A stretch of DNA of 64,000 bases from Mobula hypostoma (Eukaryota): positions 3,410,001 through 3,474,000 of the forward strand of contig NC_086098.1 of the NCBI RefSeq assembly GCF_963921235.1, written 5' to 3'. The notes beneath the pieces are model-generated. The model saw only the letters and a list, made by a program, of their open reading frames with translations. It was not told where the DNA came from and did no database searches. Numbering within the stretch: the stretch's first letter is position 1; every line of letters starts with the position of its first letter. Both the position numbers and the translations under genes were made by a program. Positions 1 to 12,993 of the stretch are shown in pieces.

Positions 1-847
1 TTTTTAATAAATATGCGCTTTAAGGTAATTATCTCCAATAGTTCCAAGCAGAACTGTTTCTATACTATTAAAATTAGTTGAGAAGTTACAGTTGGTAAGT
101 GTCTTTAAAAAATTAATGAGCTCAGATATGTTGTATGTTTTAAAAATAACATGGTGGAATGAGATTTTGAAGTGGGTATTTTTGTTTCATGGTTTAACTT
201 CGACTGAAATGTACCTACTTCCAATGCTTGGTTATGCATTATGGCAAGCTCCTGGACAGAAACAGAGATACAAAAGAATATTAAACAATAGTCTGACAAC
301 GTAGTCTGTCCTAATATCATCACTGGGACCTATAAGCTGCATGGGTGATGGCCAAGTAATTGGTTGTTCGCTTCTGTCCTTGTCTCACCCTGACACTTCC
401 ACAGATGCCCCGAACAATGCTCCAAAGACTGTGTTCACTGGGGGCAAGCTCTCATTAATCATTCCAGGCTGACAGGAGTAGGCCCACCTGCATCTGTTCA
501 ACGAACCCTCAGCGATTTCGGTGTTGAGCCTCTCTATGCTTCCAGGCAAGAAACACACATTTGTAGAGGTGTAAGGAATCCAAGCACACACATGAAGAGG
601 GAGCTTTGATTATCCTGTAACAACTACTGCTAATCACTTTTGTTTCCTCCAACTGTTTGGTGGCTGAGGTCGCCATATTGATTGGATTGAAAGGTGTCCC
701 CTTTAGAGTTCTCTTCCTCTCTCTCAAGGAACACTGACAGGTTCATATCACTCAACTATTCTTGCTTCTTCCTCTTTCATCTAGACTTCAGCTGATGTGT
801 CAGTAATATCAACGCATTACGTGAGCATCACAACACTGCCTGCTCTT

Positions 848-1370
848 AGGTCACAGAACAGGCCCTTCAGCCCATGATGTTGTGTAAAAGTTTTAACCTA
901 TTCCAAGATCAATCTGAACATTTCCCTCTGATATAACCCTCCATTTTTCTTTCATCTATGTGCCTATCAAAGAGTCTTTAAATGTCCCTGATTAAACTGC
1001 CTGTACTCCAACCCCTGGCAGAGTGTTTCATGTACCAAATACTGTGTAAACAAAAAACTTATCTTTGACCCACCCTAGACTTTCCTCCAATCACCTTAAA
1101 ACTACTTCCTCCTATTAGCCAATTCAAACCTGGGAAAAAGTCTCTCACTGTCCACTTCACTTATGCCTCTTATCATCTTGTACACCTCTATCAGGTCATT
1201 TCTAATCCTCCTTCATACCAAAGCCCTAACTCATTCAACCCATTCTCAGTCCTCAACATGCTCGCTAATCTAGGCAGCATCCTTGTAAACCTGCTCTGCA
1301 CCCTCTCCAAGGCCTCCTATAAAGAAGCAACCAGAACTGAACACTAACTGGTGTTTTATAGAGCTGTAGC
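848..1370 (-). mobile_element. Degenerate CR1 LINE 3' fragment (ORF2 C-terminus and 3' UTR)
   Basis: Matches the reverse complement of the CR1 3' ends elsewhere in the window (e.g. 59416-59990: 'caggcccttcagccca', 'tcatcttgtacacctctatcaggtca'). Confidence 0.75.
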
Positions 1371-1734
1371 ATTTGGAACATAGAACATTAGAGCACAGTT
1401 ATGCCAGCCCTTTAACCTGCTCCATGTTCTAACCCTTTCTTCCTCCACAGCCCATTAACAAAAGGTTCAGCAACAACAGTACATTCTCCGCAGCTTTGTA
1501 GTTTTACTAGCACTGCTTTCATTTTCCTTTTCCTTTCTGCAGTGGCTTTCTGGGTATTTCTCTTGCAAGGAATTTGGAGAATTTCCCCACTTTTACAAAA
1601 TACTTTACCAGAGTAAAGAGATGAGATTCTTATTTTATCTAGTCTGATGAGATGTTCTTTATTCTGTACTGTTAGTCATCATAATTCAACACACTTAGCT
1701 CTGACATAGCTTTGCCAAGGGGTGAAGTTGGACC

Positions 1735-2490
1735 TGGTTTAAAGTTTTATTTATTATCAGAGTACATATACCATATACAACCTTGAGATTCATCTTCTTG
1801 CAGGCAGCCACAAAACAAAGAAACACAACAGAATTCATGAAAAAACCAACACCACAAATACAGTCATACATCCAATGTGTGAAAAAGAACAAATCATACA
1901 AACTAAAATTAAGCAAACAACCACAGAACATAAACCGCAGAGTTAGTCCACAGACACGTAGTCAGCTCAACCACAGAACAAACGCAGAGTTAGTCCACAG
2001 ACACGTAGTCAGCTCAGCCACAGAACATAAACCGCAGTTAGTCCACAGCCATGTAGTCAGCTCCATGAGCCTGAAGGATGCAGGCCGCAGCTGCAGAGTC
2101 AGTTCAGTGCTGAGGGAGGTGAAGTCTCATGAAGTAGTGAGCTGAATACCAGTTCATTCTCCACTTTCAGGCTCAGCACCTTGATTTTTTTTTTCCCAAT
2201 TTGGCTTGGCACTTAAATCGGCCAAAAATTGGTTTGTTATCCACTCTCAGGCCCAAGCCCTCTGCTTCAGTCAACCCCAAGTCCACTCCAGCAATGGATG
2301 TCGCAGCCATACCCGCATTCTCAAGAGTCCAGTTCGCCGAGTGTTTCAGGACACCACACGAATGCCGTTTGCTTGTGAAACTCTGCTGCAAGAAGGCAGC
2401 GACAATCAGGACAAAATCTGGAGCCTAATCGGACCCAAAACGAGCAGTGGATCAGTGCTCTTGTTAAACGGAATCCAGAATCAGAAACAG
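1735..2490 (-). mobile_element. Non-autonomous retroposon-like repeat (GC-richer body, Rex-type tail)
   Basis: Shares the end 'ttattatcagag...caaccttgagatt...ttgcaggcagccaca' with 42735-42830 and 46255-46340. No coding signal. Confidence 0.45.
1919..2063. repeat. Minisatellite, ~48-50 bp unit x3
   Basis: Unit aaccacagaacataaaccgcagagttagtccacagacacgtagtcagctc occurs three times with small indels. Confidence 0.9.
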
Positions 2491-2495
2491 ATTTA

Positions 2496-3968
2496 TCATC
2501 ACTGGCATATTGGATTGGAGGGGGGCTAATGTAACCCCACTTTTTAAAAAAAATGGAGGGAGAGAGAAACCGGGAAATTATAGACCGGTTAGCCTAACAT
2601 CAGCGGTGGGGAAAATGCTAGAGTCAGTTATCAAAGATGTGATAACAGCACATTTGGAAAGCGGTGAAATCACCGGACAAAGTCAGCATGGATTTGTGCA
2701 AGGAAAATCATGTCTGACAAATCTCATAGAATTTTTTGAGGATGTAACTAATAGAGTGGATAGGGGAGAACCAGTGGATGTGGTATATTTGGATTTTCAA
2801 AAGGCTTTTGACAAGGTCCCATACAGGAGATTAGTGTGCAAACTTAAAGCACACGGTATTGGGGGTAAGGTATTGATGTGGATAGAGAATTGGTTAGCAG
2901 ACAGGAAGCACAGAGTGGGAATAAACGGGACCTTTTCAGAATGGCAGGCAATGACTAGTGGGGTACCGCAAGGCTCAGTGCTGGGACCCATTGTTTACAA
3001 TATATATTAATGACTTAGATGAGGGAATTAAATGCAGCATCTCCAAGTTTGCGGATGACACGAAGCTGGGCGGCAGTGTTAGCTGTGAAGAGGATGCTAA
3101 GACGATGCAGGGTGACTTCGATAGGTTAGGTGAGTGGGCAAATTCATGGCAGATACAATTTAAAGTGGATAAATGTGAGGTTATCCACTTTGGTGGCAAA
3201 AACAGGAAAACAGATTATTATCTGAATGGTGGCCAATTAGGAAAAGGGGAGGTGCAACGAGACCTGGGTGTCATTATACACCAGTCATTGAAAGTGGGCA
3301 TGCAGGTACAGCAGGCGGTGAAAAAGGCGAATGGTATGCTGGCATTCATAGCAAGAGGATTCGAGAACAGGAGCAGGGAGGTACTACTGCAGTTGTACAA
3401 GGCCTTGGTGAGACCACACCTGGAGTATTGTGTGCAGATTTGGTCCCCTAATCTGAGGGAAAGACATCCTTGCCATAGAGGGAGTACAAAGAAGGTTCAC
3501 CAGATTGATTCCTGGGATGGCAGGACTTTCATATGATGAAAGACTGGATCGACTAGGCTTATACTCGTTGGAATTTAGAAGATTGAGGAGGGATCTTATT
3601 GAAACATATAAAATTCTAAAGGGATTGGACAGGGTAGATGCAGGAAGATTGTTCCCGATGTTGGGGAAGTCCAGAACGAGGGGTCACAGTTTGAGGATAA
3701 AGGGGAAGCCTTTTAGGACCGAGATTGGGAAGAACTTCTTCACACAGAGAGTGGTGAATCTGTGGAATTCTCTGGCCAGTTCATTGGCTATATTTAAGAG
3801 GGAGTTAGATATGGCCCTTGTGGCTAAAGGGATCAGGGGGTATGAAGGGAAGGCTGGTACAGGGTTCTGAGTTGGATGATCAGCCATGATCATACTGAAT
3901 GGCGGTGCAGGCTCAAAGGGACGAATGGCCTACTCCTGCACCTATTTTCTGTGTTTCTATGTTTCTAT
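2496..3968 (+). mobile_element. 5'-truncated CR1 LINE: frameshifted ORF2 reverse transcriptase and 3' UTR
   Basis: ORFs 2510-3010, 2958-3536 and 3505-3870 carry NYRPVSLTS, YLDFQKAFD, SGVPQGSVLGP, FADDTK and RPHLEYC. Ends in a (tttctatg)n tail. Confidence 0.95.
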
Positions 3969-4176
3969 ATGTCATGGTGTTTGTTGTTTTGTGGCAGCAG
4001 TACATTGGAAGACAAAAAAAAGTCTAACTTAAAATAAAAATTAAATGAAGAATCTCATGGAAACCTAACGAATATTGAAAGGCTTCAGAGAGTCAAAGTG
4101 GAGAGGCTGTTTCCAATAATGGGACAGTCTAGGCCCAAGGGACAAAGAGTCAGAATGACAGAAAGTCCCTCTTGAT

Positions 4177-4765
4177 TCATAGAAAAGCACAGCACTGAAA
4201 CAGGCCATTCAGCCCATCTATTCCAGGCCAAATTATTTAAACTGTCTACTCCTATCAACCTGCAACTCCTCCCTTGGAGGCTCAGACACCCTGAGCCAAT
4301 AGGCTGGTCCTGGACTTATTTCATAATTTACTGGCATAATTTACATAGTACTATTTAACTATTTATGGTTTTATTACTATTTATTATTTATGGTGCAACT
4401 GCAACAAAAACCAATTTCTCCCGGGATCAATAAAGTATGACTATGACTAATAGTACTCAATAACCCTGTCATCAATGTACTTATCAAAACTTCACTTAAA
4501 CATTGGAATCGAGCTCACGTGTACCATTTGCACTGGTATCTTGTTCCACACTCTCACCCTCTGAGCAAAAAAGTTTCTCGTCATATTTCCCTTAACCTTT
4601 TCACCTTTCACCCTTAACCCATGACCTCTAGTTGTTGTCCCATCCAACCTCAGTGGAAAAAGCCTGCTTGCATTTACCCTATCTATATCCCTCATAATTT
4701 TGTATATCTCTATCACATTCCTCTCAATCTACTACGTTCTAAAGAATACGGTCCTAACCTATTCA
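4177..4765 (-). mobile_element. CR1 3' fragment interrupted by a plus-strand Rex-type tail (4262-4448)
   Basis: ORF 4492-4716 reads IEIYKIMR...TRGHGLRV. The insert is near-identical to 8030-8220 and ends in (actatg)n. Confidence 0.8.
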
Positions 4766-4769
4766 ACCT

Positions 4770-6555
4770 ATTCAAAAAAGGTTCAAAAAACTAGGTAATG
4801 ATAGGATCAACAAATCAAGAATATCACTGGTAAAAAGCTCCTCTGTTCTTCAGGTGGATGTTTAAAAGCAAAGGATAGTACCATTATCATGGAAAAAGAT
4901 GAGATTATGAACAGATGGACTGAGTATATTCAGGAATTGTTTGAAGACAATCAATGCGAAAAACCAGAAATTAAGAAAAACATTGAAGGTCCAAGTATTT
5001 TAAAATCTGAAGTTTGTAATGCAATAAATAAGATGAAGAAAGGAAATGCAGCAGGTCCTGATGAATTAGTAATAGAACAAATTATCCCTCTTGAAGATTA
5101 TGGAATTGAAAAACTTACTGATTTAATCAATGACATTTATGAGACAGGAATAATACCAGAAGAGATGGAAAAATCAGTATTTATCACTCTTCCTAAGAAA
5201 CCTGGAGCAATAGAATGTGAATTACATAGGACCATAAGTTTAATGAGTCATATCACCAAGATACTTCTAAGCATTTTGATGACAAGAGCTAAAAGTAAGA
5301 TACAAGCTGAAATAGGTAAAGAACAATGTGGTTTTGTGAAAGACAAAGGTACAAGAAACGCAATATTGATGTTAAGGATACTATCAGAACGAGCTATTCA
5401 AGTGCAAAAAGGTTTGTTTGTGTGTTTTATCAATTACACAAAAGCATTTGATAAAGTGAAGCACAATAAGTTATTTGAAATATTACAGAAAACTCTAGAT
5501 CTAGATTCGAAGGACCTCCACCTAATCAGAAATCTGTACTGGGAACAAACTGCCGCTGTAAGAATAGATGGAGAAGTGAGTCAGTTTACGAAAATCAAGG
5601 GAGGCGTTTGACAAGGGTGTGTTTTCTCCCCTGATTTATTTAATGTGTACAGTGAAACAATATTACAAAAAAAAAGAGATCTTGGGAATGAAGTTGGGGG
5701 TGAAAACATAAATAATTTCAGATATGCAGATGACACTGTGCTAATTGCAAGTATGGAGGAAGAACTACAAAACTTAATTGTTGAAGAAAGTGCAAAAACG
5801 GGTCTATAAATTGCAAAAAGACAGAATGTATGGTGATATCCAGAAAGAAGGAGAATCCTATCTGCAGGCTGAGAATAAACGGGGAAGACATAAAACAGGT
5901 ACAGAACTTTTGCTACTTAGGAAACTGGGTGACATCAGATGGCAGGTGTGACATGGACATCGAAAGAAGAATAGGGATGGCAAAAGACACCTTGACGAGA
6001 ATGAAGACTAAACTAGGCATGACAACCCGCCTCAGAGTACTGAAATGTTATGTTTATCCAGTTATGTTATATGGCTCAGAGTGCTGGACATTATCTACTA
6101 ACATGAGGAAATGAATTGAAGCAGTAGAGATGTGGTTTTTGAGGAGGACGCAAAGAATATCAAGGATGAAACAAATACCTAACGAGGATGTCATGAACAG
6201 AGTAAACACAAAAAGAGAAATAATGTATGCGATCATGAAAAGGCAACATAACTTCATTGGAAACAACAGGAATTCTGCAGATGCTGGAAATTCAAGCAAC
6301 ATACATCAAAGTTGCTGGTGAACGCAACTTCATTGGACATGTGATTAGGAAAGAGGAGTTAGAATGCACGGTAATTATGGGAAAGATTGAAGGGAAGAAA
6401 GCAAGAGGAAGACAAAGACAAATGATGATGGAGACAGCAGCTAAAGAACTGGAAACGAATATCAATGAATTGATCCACTTGACCTGAAACAGGAGTGTGT
6501 GAGCCATGGCAGTCAAAGCTCAAACTGGGTATGGCATCTGATGATGATGATGAAT
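4770..6555 (+). mobile_element. 5'-truncated RTE-clade LINE (RT domain, decayed)
   Basis: ORF 4889-5611 has RWTEYIQELF, AAGPDE, LPKKPGAIECELHRTISLMSHITKI and EQCGF. Downstream come RQGCVFSP, RYADD, LYGSECWT and GKIEGKKARGR. Ends in a (tga)n tail. Confidence 0.9.
6262..6325 (-). mobile_element. 64-bp Penelope-like terminal fragment inserted in the RTE
   Basis: Flanked by a perfect 12-bp TSD aacttcattgga (6250-6261 and 6326-6337). Contains 'ctgcagatgctggaaat', shared with the other Penelope-type termini. Confidence 0.75.
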
Positions 6556-7110
6556 GATAGGACACTCAAAGCAGCTGCGCAGGTTGACCCTGTGGTTAAG
6601 AAGGTTAACCACTCTTCCTAAGAAACCTGGAGCAATAGAGTTAGTAAGAGTGCATTGGCCTTCATCAACCGTGGGATTGAGTTTAAGGGTTGAGAGGTAA
6701 TGTTGCAGCTATATAGGACCCTGGTCAAACCCCACTTGGAGTACTGTGCTCAGTTCTGGTCACCTCACTACAGGAAGTACGTGGAAACTATAGGAAGGAT
6801 GCAGAGGAGATTTACAAGGATGTTACCTGGAATGGGGACCCTGCCTCATGAGAATAGGTTGAGTGAACTCAACCTTTTCCCCTTGGAATGATGGAGGATG
6901 AAAGGTGACCTGATAGAGGTGTATAAGATGATGAGAGGCATTGATCGTGTGGATAGTCAGGGGCTTTTTCCCAGGGACGAAATGGCTAACACGAGAGCGC
7001 ACAGTTTTAAGGTGCTTGGAAGAAGGTACAGAGGAGATATCAGGGGTAAGTTTTTTTTTATGCAGAGAGTGGTGAGTGCGTGGAACGGGCTGCCGGCGAT
7101 GGTGGTGGAG
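6556..7110 (+). mobile_element. CR1 ORF2 C-terminal fragment
   Basis: ORFs 6700-6891 (LYRTLVKPHLEYC) and 6898-7128 (GDLIEVYK). Confidence 0.9.
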
Positions 7111-7330
7111 GAGCCCAAAGAGCCATGACACCCAGCAACCCGCTGATTTAACCCCATAGGTCGATTTACAATTATCTGTCTACCTACAAACAGTATGTCT
7201 TTCGATAGTGGGAGGAAACCCCCACGTTCCATGGGGAGGACGTACAGACTCGTTAAAGAGGACATAAGAATTGAACCCATGCTGTAATAGTGTCACGCTA
7301 ACTGCTATGCTACTGTGGTCCCACGCCACC
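7111..7330 (-). mobile_element. tRNA-derived V-SINE (HE1-like) fragment
   Basis: Contains 'gtgggaggaaacc', 'gtacagactc' and 'gaattgaaccc...gctaactgctatgctac', the reverse complement of a tRNA head plus V core. Similar copies at 36900-37100, 37790-38100, 44815-45070 and 48215-48380. Confidence 0.6.
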
Positions 7331-7397
7331 ACGCTAAGGAACAATTTTTAACCCCTCAACCATCAGGCTTCAGTGATGAGCTGAGTGGATAACATCA

Positions 7398-8770
7398 GAT
7401 TTTTATAAATGACCTGGATGAGGAAGTAGAGGGATGGGTTAGTAAATATGCTGATGACACAAAGGTTGGGGGTATTGTGGATAGTGTGGAGGGCTGTCAG
7501 AGGTTACAACGGGACATTGATAGGATGCAAAACTGGGCTGAGAAGTGGCAGATGAAGTTCAACCCAGATAAGTGTGAAGTGGTTCATTTTTGAAGGCAGG
7601 ATACAATATTAATGGTAAGACTCCTGACATTGTGGAGGATCAGAGAGCTCTAGGGGTCCATGTCCATAGGACATTCAAAGCTGTTGCGCAGGTTGACAGT
7701 GCTCTTAAGAAGGCATATGGTGTGTTGGCCTTCATCAACTATGGGTTTTTGTTCAAGAGCCATGAGGTAATGTTACAACTATATAAGACCTCAGACTCCA
7801 CTTGGAGTACTGAGTTCAGTTCTGGTCACCTCACCACAGGAAGAATGCGGATACTATAGAAAGACTGCAGAGGAGAGTTACAAGGATGTTGTCTGGATTG
7901 GGGAGCATGCCTTATGTGAATAGGTTGTGTGATCTTGGCCTTTTCTCCTTGGAGTGATGGAGAGACTCATTCCACCGAGATGCAGCACTGAGCGTCATAG
8001 GAAGTCATTCCTGCCTGTGGCCATCAAACTTTACAATTCCTCCCTTGGAGGGTCAGACATCCTGAGCCAATAGTCTGGTCCTGGACTTATTTCATAATTT
8101 ACCAGCATAATTTACATATTACTATTTAACTATTATGGTTCTATTACTATTTATTATTTATGGAGCAACTGTAACGAAAACCAATTTCCCCCTGGGATCA
8201 ATAAAGTATGACTATGACTATGATGAGAGGTTTCCTGATAGAGGTGTATAAGATGATGAGAGGCATTGATCATGTGGATAGTCAGAGGCTTTTTCCCAGG
8301 GCTGAAATGGCTAACAGGAGGGAGCATCGTTTTAAGGTGCTTGGAAGAAGGTACAGGGGGGGGATGTCAGTCACAAGTTTTTCACACACAGAGTGGTGGG
8401 TGCATGGAATACAATGCCAACGATAGGGTGGATGTGGAGAGGATGTTTCCTATGGTGAGGGTATCCAGAACTAGAGGGCACAGCCTCAAAATTCAGGGGT
8501 GTTCTTTTAGGACAGAGGTAAGAGGATTTGTTTTTTTTTAAAACCCAGAGAGAAGTGAATCTGTGGAATGCTCTGCTACAGCCTGCAGTGGAAGCCAATG
8601 CATGGATATAGTTAAGGAAGAAGTTAATCATTTCTTGATCAGTCAGGGCATGAAAGGATATGATGAGAAGGCAGGTGAATGGGTTGAGTGGGATCCGGGC
8701 TCAGCCATGATGGAATGGTAGAGTAGACTCGATGGGCTGAATGGCCTAACTCTGTTCCTATGTCTTATGG
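7398..8770 (+). mobile_element. CR1 fragments with a nested Rex-type 3' end (7963-8222)
   Basis: NDLDEEVEGW/YADDTK region is present, and CR1 resumes after the (actatg)n tail at ~8222. Confidence 0.8.
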
Positions 8771-9451
8771 CTATGAGGAGAAGGTAGGAGAATGGATTTA
8801 GAGAGAGATTAGGATCTCCCCTGATGAAATGGCAGAAGCTCAATGAGCTGGATGGTTAGGGTTAGGGTCTTGCATCTTATGGCTTTACGTCCAGTGAATG
8901 ATTTCGAAGTGTTGCCTTTTTTGTACAGCAAGAACTCAGAGGAATCATTAGTTCATTTAGGCCTTTTTTTTGTGAAAAGAACTGTTTACCACAGGAAATT
9001 GGATTGTAGATAGTAGTTCAAGCTGAAAATGTGCTATACATATTGATAGATTATTATATTCACACTAAAGAGTTATTGTGATGTAATTACTGTAGCCTCG
9101 GCAAGACATGATTTGAAGTTGGAGTTATGCGTGGACTGGACGTCTCGGTATATTTTTCACTTCCAATTTTTGATTTTATTTCCAGTTGGAAGTTGCTTCT
9201 GTTGAAGGTGTCAGTATGAGCTGATGATAGCCTTTTACCAATTGTCATTTTTCTCGATACTACTAAAAAATATAAAACATTATAAATGAGTATATGACTA
9301 AATTACTATATATATTACATCTCTAAAATAAATGAGCAGTGATAGAAGCTCAGATTGCAAGGAAGTGTTATTGTCTTCGGTCTTGTTTTAGTCACGATGA
9401 GGTAACAGTCAGCATATCTAACGGTGCCAGCGATCACCGATCAGGGTTCAG

Positions 9452-9932
9452 GTATATATTGGAGAGCATTCTGACTGGTTGCATCACCATCTGGTATGGA
9501 GGGGCCACTGCACAGCATCAGAAAAGGTTGCAGAAAGTTGTAAACTCAGCCAGCTCAATCATAGGCACTCGCCTCCTCAGCGTCCAGGACTCCTTCAAAA
9601 GGCAATGCCTCAAAAATGTGGCATCCATCATTAAGGAGCCGACCAGCTAAGGCATACTTTCTCATCGCTACCATCAAGGAAGAGGTGCTCAGTGTTTCAG
9701 GAACAGCTTCTTTCCCTCCGCCTGTCAAATTTTTGAGTGGACAATGAACCCAGGAACACTACCTCAGTTTTTTTGTTCTCTTTTGCACCAGTTATTTAAT
9801 TTAATTTTCTTTTTTATGTATACTACTTATTGTCATTGATAGTTTGTTTTATTACATTTTGCAATGTACTACTGCTGCAAAACTACAAGTTTCACAACGT
9901 ATGCCAGTGATGTTAAACCCGATTCTGATTCT
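9452..9932 (+). mobile_element. Rex1/Babar-type LINE 3' end (DUF1891-like C-terminus)
   Basis: ESILTGCITIWYGG...LQKVV peptide, ending 'aaacccgattctgattctga'. Confidence 0.7.
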
Positions 9933-10202
9933 GAATTCTCACCACTGTCCGTCAGGAGTTTGTACATTCTCCCCGTAACCACATGCATTTCCTCCAGCTG
10001 CTCTGATTTCCACCCACATTTCAAAGATGTATGGGTTAGGGCGAGTGTGTGGTGGGCATGCTATTTGCAGACTGCCCAGCATGATCTTCGCTGATTTGAT
10101 TTGATGGAAAGGACTCATTTCACTGCATGTTTCGACAAGTAAAGCTAATCGTTTAAAAAAAAAATCATATGATTTTGGAACGGACTTTTATATGAATATA
10201 TG

Positions 10203-10392
10203 AAACACACAAAATGCTGAAGGAACTCAGCAGGCCAGGCAGCATCTATGGAAAAGAGTTCTGCCGAAAGGTCTCGGCACGAAACATTGACTGTACTCTT
10301 TTCCATAGATATTGCCTGGTCTGCTGAGTTCCTCCAGCATTTTGTGTGTGTTGCTTGGATTTCTAGCATCCGGAGATCTTCTCTTGTTTGTG
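10203..10392. mobile_element. Penelope-like terminal repeat in inverted (hairpin) arrangement with a degenerate hammerhead core
   Basis: 10204-10259 is the near reverse complement of 10294-10350. The loop contains ctgccgaaaggtctcggcacgaaacattgactg. Confidence 0.6.
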
Positions 10393-10759
10393 ATTTTATA
10401 TGAAATAGTTTACTGTTGTGATTATCCAAGTATTTTTGCCAGTAGAATATTTCTTCCATTTTATTGTTGGTCTGGATTTCTTTGGTACAAGTTGCAACTT
10501 GTAGGTGAAGCTGGGATGATATGTTGTGGTTTATTGATACATTGCTGTTAGTTATCTGATATCTGCAGGAGAAGCTGATCCTTTACCCTTCAAAAACATG
10601 ATGAATCCACCTCCAAGTTGGTTAGTGGGTGGATATTTAGTATCCTGTGTGGATATCCATTTGAAGGGCGTCATCCCATTCAGTGCTGTTAATAATTATG
10701 TCAAAATCTCACTGTAACTGTTCCCAGTTTTCTTCCAAAGGTCAACTGGAAGTCTAATT

Positions 10760-11850
10760 CATGAGGTAATGTTGCAGCTCTATAGAACCCTGGTCCAACC
10801 ACATTTGGGGTATTGTGTCTAGTACTCATGCAGGATTCCCCAAAGGTCAACTTGCAGGTTGAGTCAGTGGGAGGAAGGCAAATGCATTGTTAGCAGTTAC
10901 TTTGAGAGGACTAGAATACAAGACCAAGGATGTAATACTGAGGCTTTCTAAAGCACCAATGATGCTTTACTTGGAGTATTGTGAACAGTTCTGGGCCCCT
11001 TATCTTAGAAAGAGATGTGCCGTCATTGGAAACAGTTCAGAGAAGGTTCATGAGACTGATTCTAGGAATGAAAGGGTTATCATATGAGGAATGTTTGATG
11101 GCTCTAGGCTAGTACTCACTGGAATTTAGGAGAATGAGGAGAGACCTCTTTGAAGCCTACCGAATGTTGAAAGGCCTTGATAGAGTGAATATGAAGACGA
11201 TGTTTCCTTTGGTAGGGGAGTCTAGGAGTTGAGGGCGCAGCCTCAGAATAGAACAGAGGTGAGGAGGGATTTCTTCAGCCAGAGGGTGGTGAGCTCTGAA
11301 ATTCATTGCCACAGGCAGCTGTGGAGTCCACGTTGTTGGGTGTATTTAAGGCAGAAGTTGATAGACACTTGATTAGTCAGGGGTAAAAGGTTTTTTGAAA
11401 AACACAGGAGAATGGGGTTGAGAGGGAAATGGATCAGCCAAAATGAAGTGGTGAAGTAGACTCTGAGCCAAATGGCCTAATTCTGCTTCTATGTCTTATG
11501 TTGTAAGGCTCGAAGGGCCGAATGGCCTACTCCTGCACCTATTTTCTATGTTTCTATGTAAGGTTCTAGTCACTTCATTATCAGAAGGATGTGGATGCTT
11601 TAGGGAGGGTGCAGTGGAGATTTACCAGCATGCTACCTCCATTAGGAGGGCATGTCTTATGAGAATAGGTTGAGTGAGCTTGGACTTTTCTCTTTGGAGC
11701 GAAGGAAGTTGGGAGGTGACCTGATGGAATTGTACAAGATGAAACATGGCACAAATCAAGTGGATAGCCAGAGACTTTTTCCAAGGATAGAAAAGGCTAA
11801 TATGAAAGGACATAATTTGAAGGTTATTGGAGTAAAGTACAGAGGTGTAT
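10760..11850 (+). mobile_element. Several juxtaposed CR1 3' fragments
   Basis: LEYCEQFWAPYL and ENRLSELGLFSLERR peptides, plus CR1 tails. Confidence 0.8.
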
Positions 11851-11859
11851 AGATTTGAA

Positions 11860-12492
11860 GATCTCTAAGGATCTAAACTGATCCCAACACATCAATGTAG
11901 TTATAAAGAAGGCAAGACAATGACTATACTTCATTAAGAGTTTGAAGAAATTTGGTATGTCAACACATACACTCAAAAACTTCTATAGATATACATGAAG
12001 AGCATTCTGACAGGTTGCATCACTGTCTAGTATGGAGGGGCTACTGCACAGGACTGAAAGAAGCTGCAAAAGGGTTGTAAATTTAGTCGGCTCCATCTTG
12101 GGTACAAGCCTACAAAGTACCCAGGACATATTCAAGGAGCAGTGTCTCAGAAAAGCAGTGTCCATTCTTAAAGACCTTCAACACCCAGGGCATGTCCTTT
12201 TCTCACTGTTACCATCAGGTAGGAGGTACAGAAGGCACACACTCAGTGATTCAGGAACAACTTCTTCCCCTCTGCCATCCGATTCCTAAATGGACATTGA
12301 ACCCGTGTACACAACCTCACTTTTTGAATATATTATTTGTTTTTTGCATGATTTTCAATATACATATACTGTATTGACATATTTATTTATTATTATTATA
12401 TTTTATTTTTCGCTTCTATATTATGTATTGCATTGAACTAAGTTAACAAATTTCACGACAAATGCTGGTGTTAATAAACCTGATTCTGATTC
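11860..12492 (+). mobile_element. Rex1/Babar-type LINE 3' end
   Basis: SILKDLQHPGHVLFSLLPSGRRYR peptide and tail 'aataaacctgattctgattct'. Highly similar to 21785-22380. Confidence 0.75.
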
Positions 12493-12993
12493 TAAAGTAT
12501 ATCAGAAGAAGCATTTTATGCAGAGTGGGGAGTGCATGGAACATGCTACTAGAAGTGGTGGTCAAGGCAATGAGGGACATTGAAGAAACCCTTGGAAAGA
12601 CACAGAATGTAAGAAAAATTGCCAACTATGTAGGAGGGAAGGGTTAGACTAATCTTGCAGTGGGTTTCAAGTTCAGCACAACATTATACTGTGCATTACT
12701 GTTCTATGTTTGAAGATGGAAAAAGATACATTTTGTTATTATTGGTGCAATGATTTTAATATTCTGTGGCCAATTTATCACATTACTTTAATCAGTGATT
12801 ATTTAACAAATATAGAGCTGCTTTTGGCTATTTTCTCCTTCTGGAATATTCATTTTGGATTCATTTAACAGATTGAGCCTTAAGATCATGCTGTGGGTCT
12901 AATTTATTCTCAAGATTCAAAATTTGATTTACTCAATAACTGGAAAGATTACCTTGGTTAATATCACACATCCTTTAACATCACAAATATTTG

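Noticed and set aside
385..800. Unique region with short ORFs, including an RERKR motif on the minus strand
   Set aside because: No V.W..QQ or DP.W context for a convertase cleavage-site exon, and no consistent splice pair.
8854..8868. Interstitial telomeric repeat (ggttag)n, also at 37946-37959
   Set aside because: Only 2-2.5 units, adjacent to or within SINE/CR1 tails, so too short to be meaningful.
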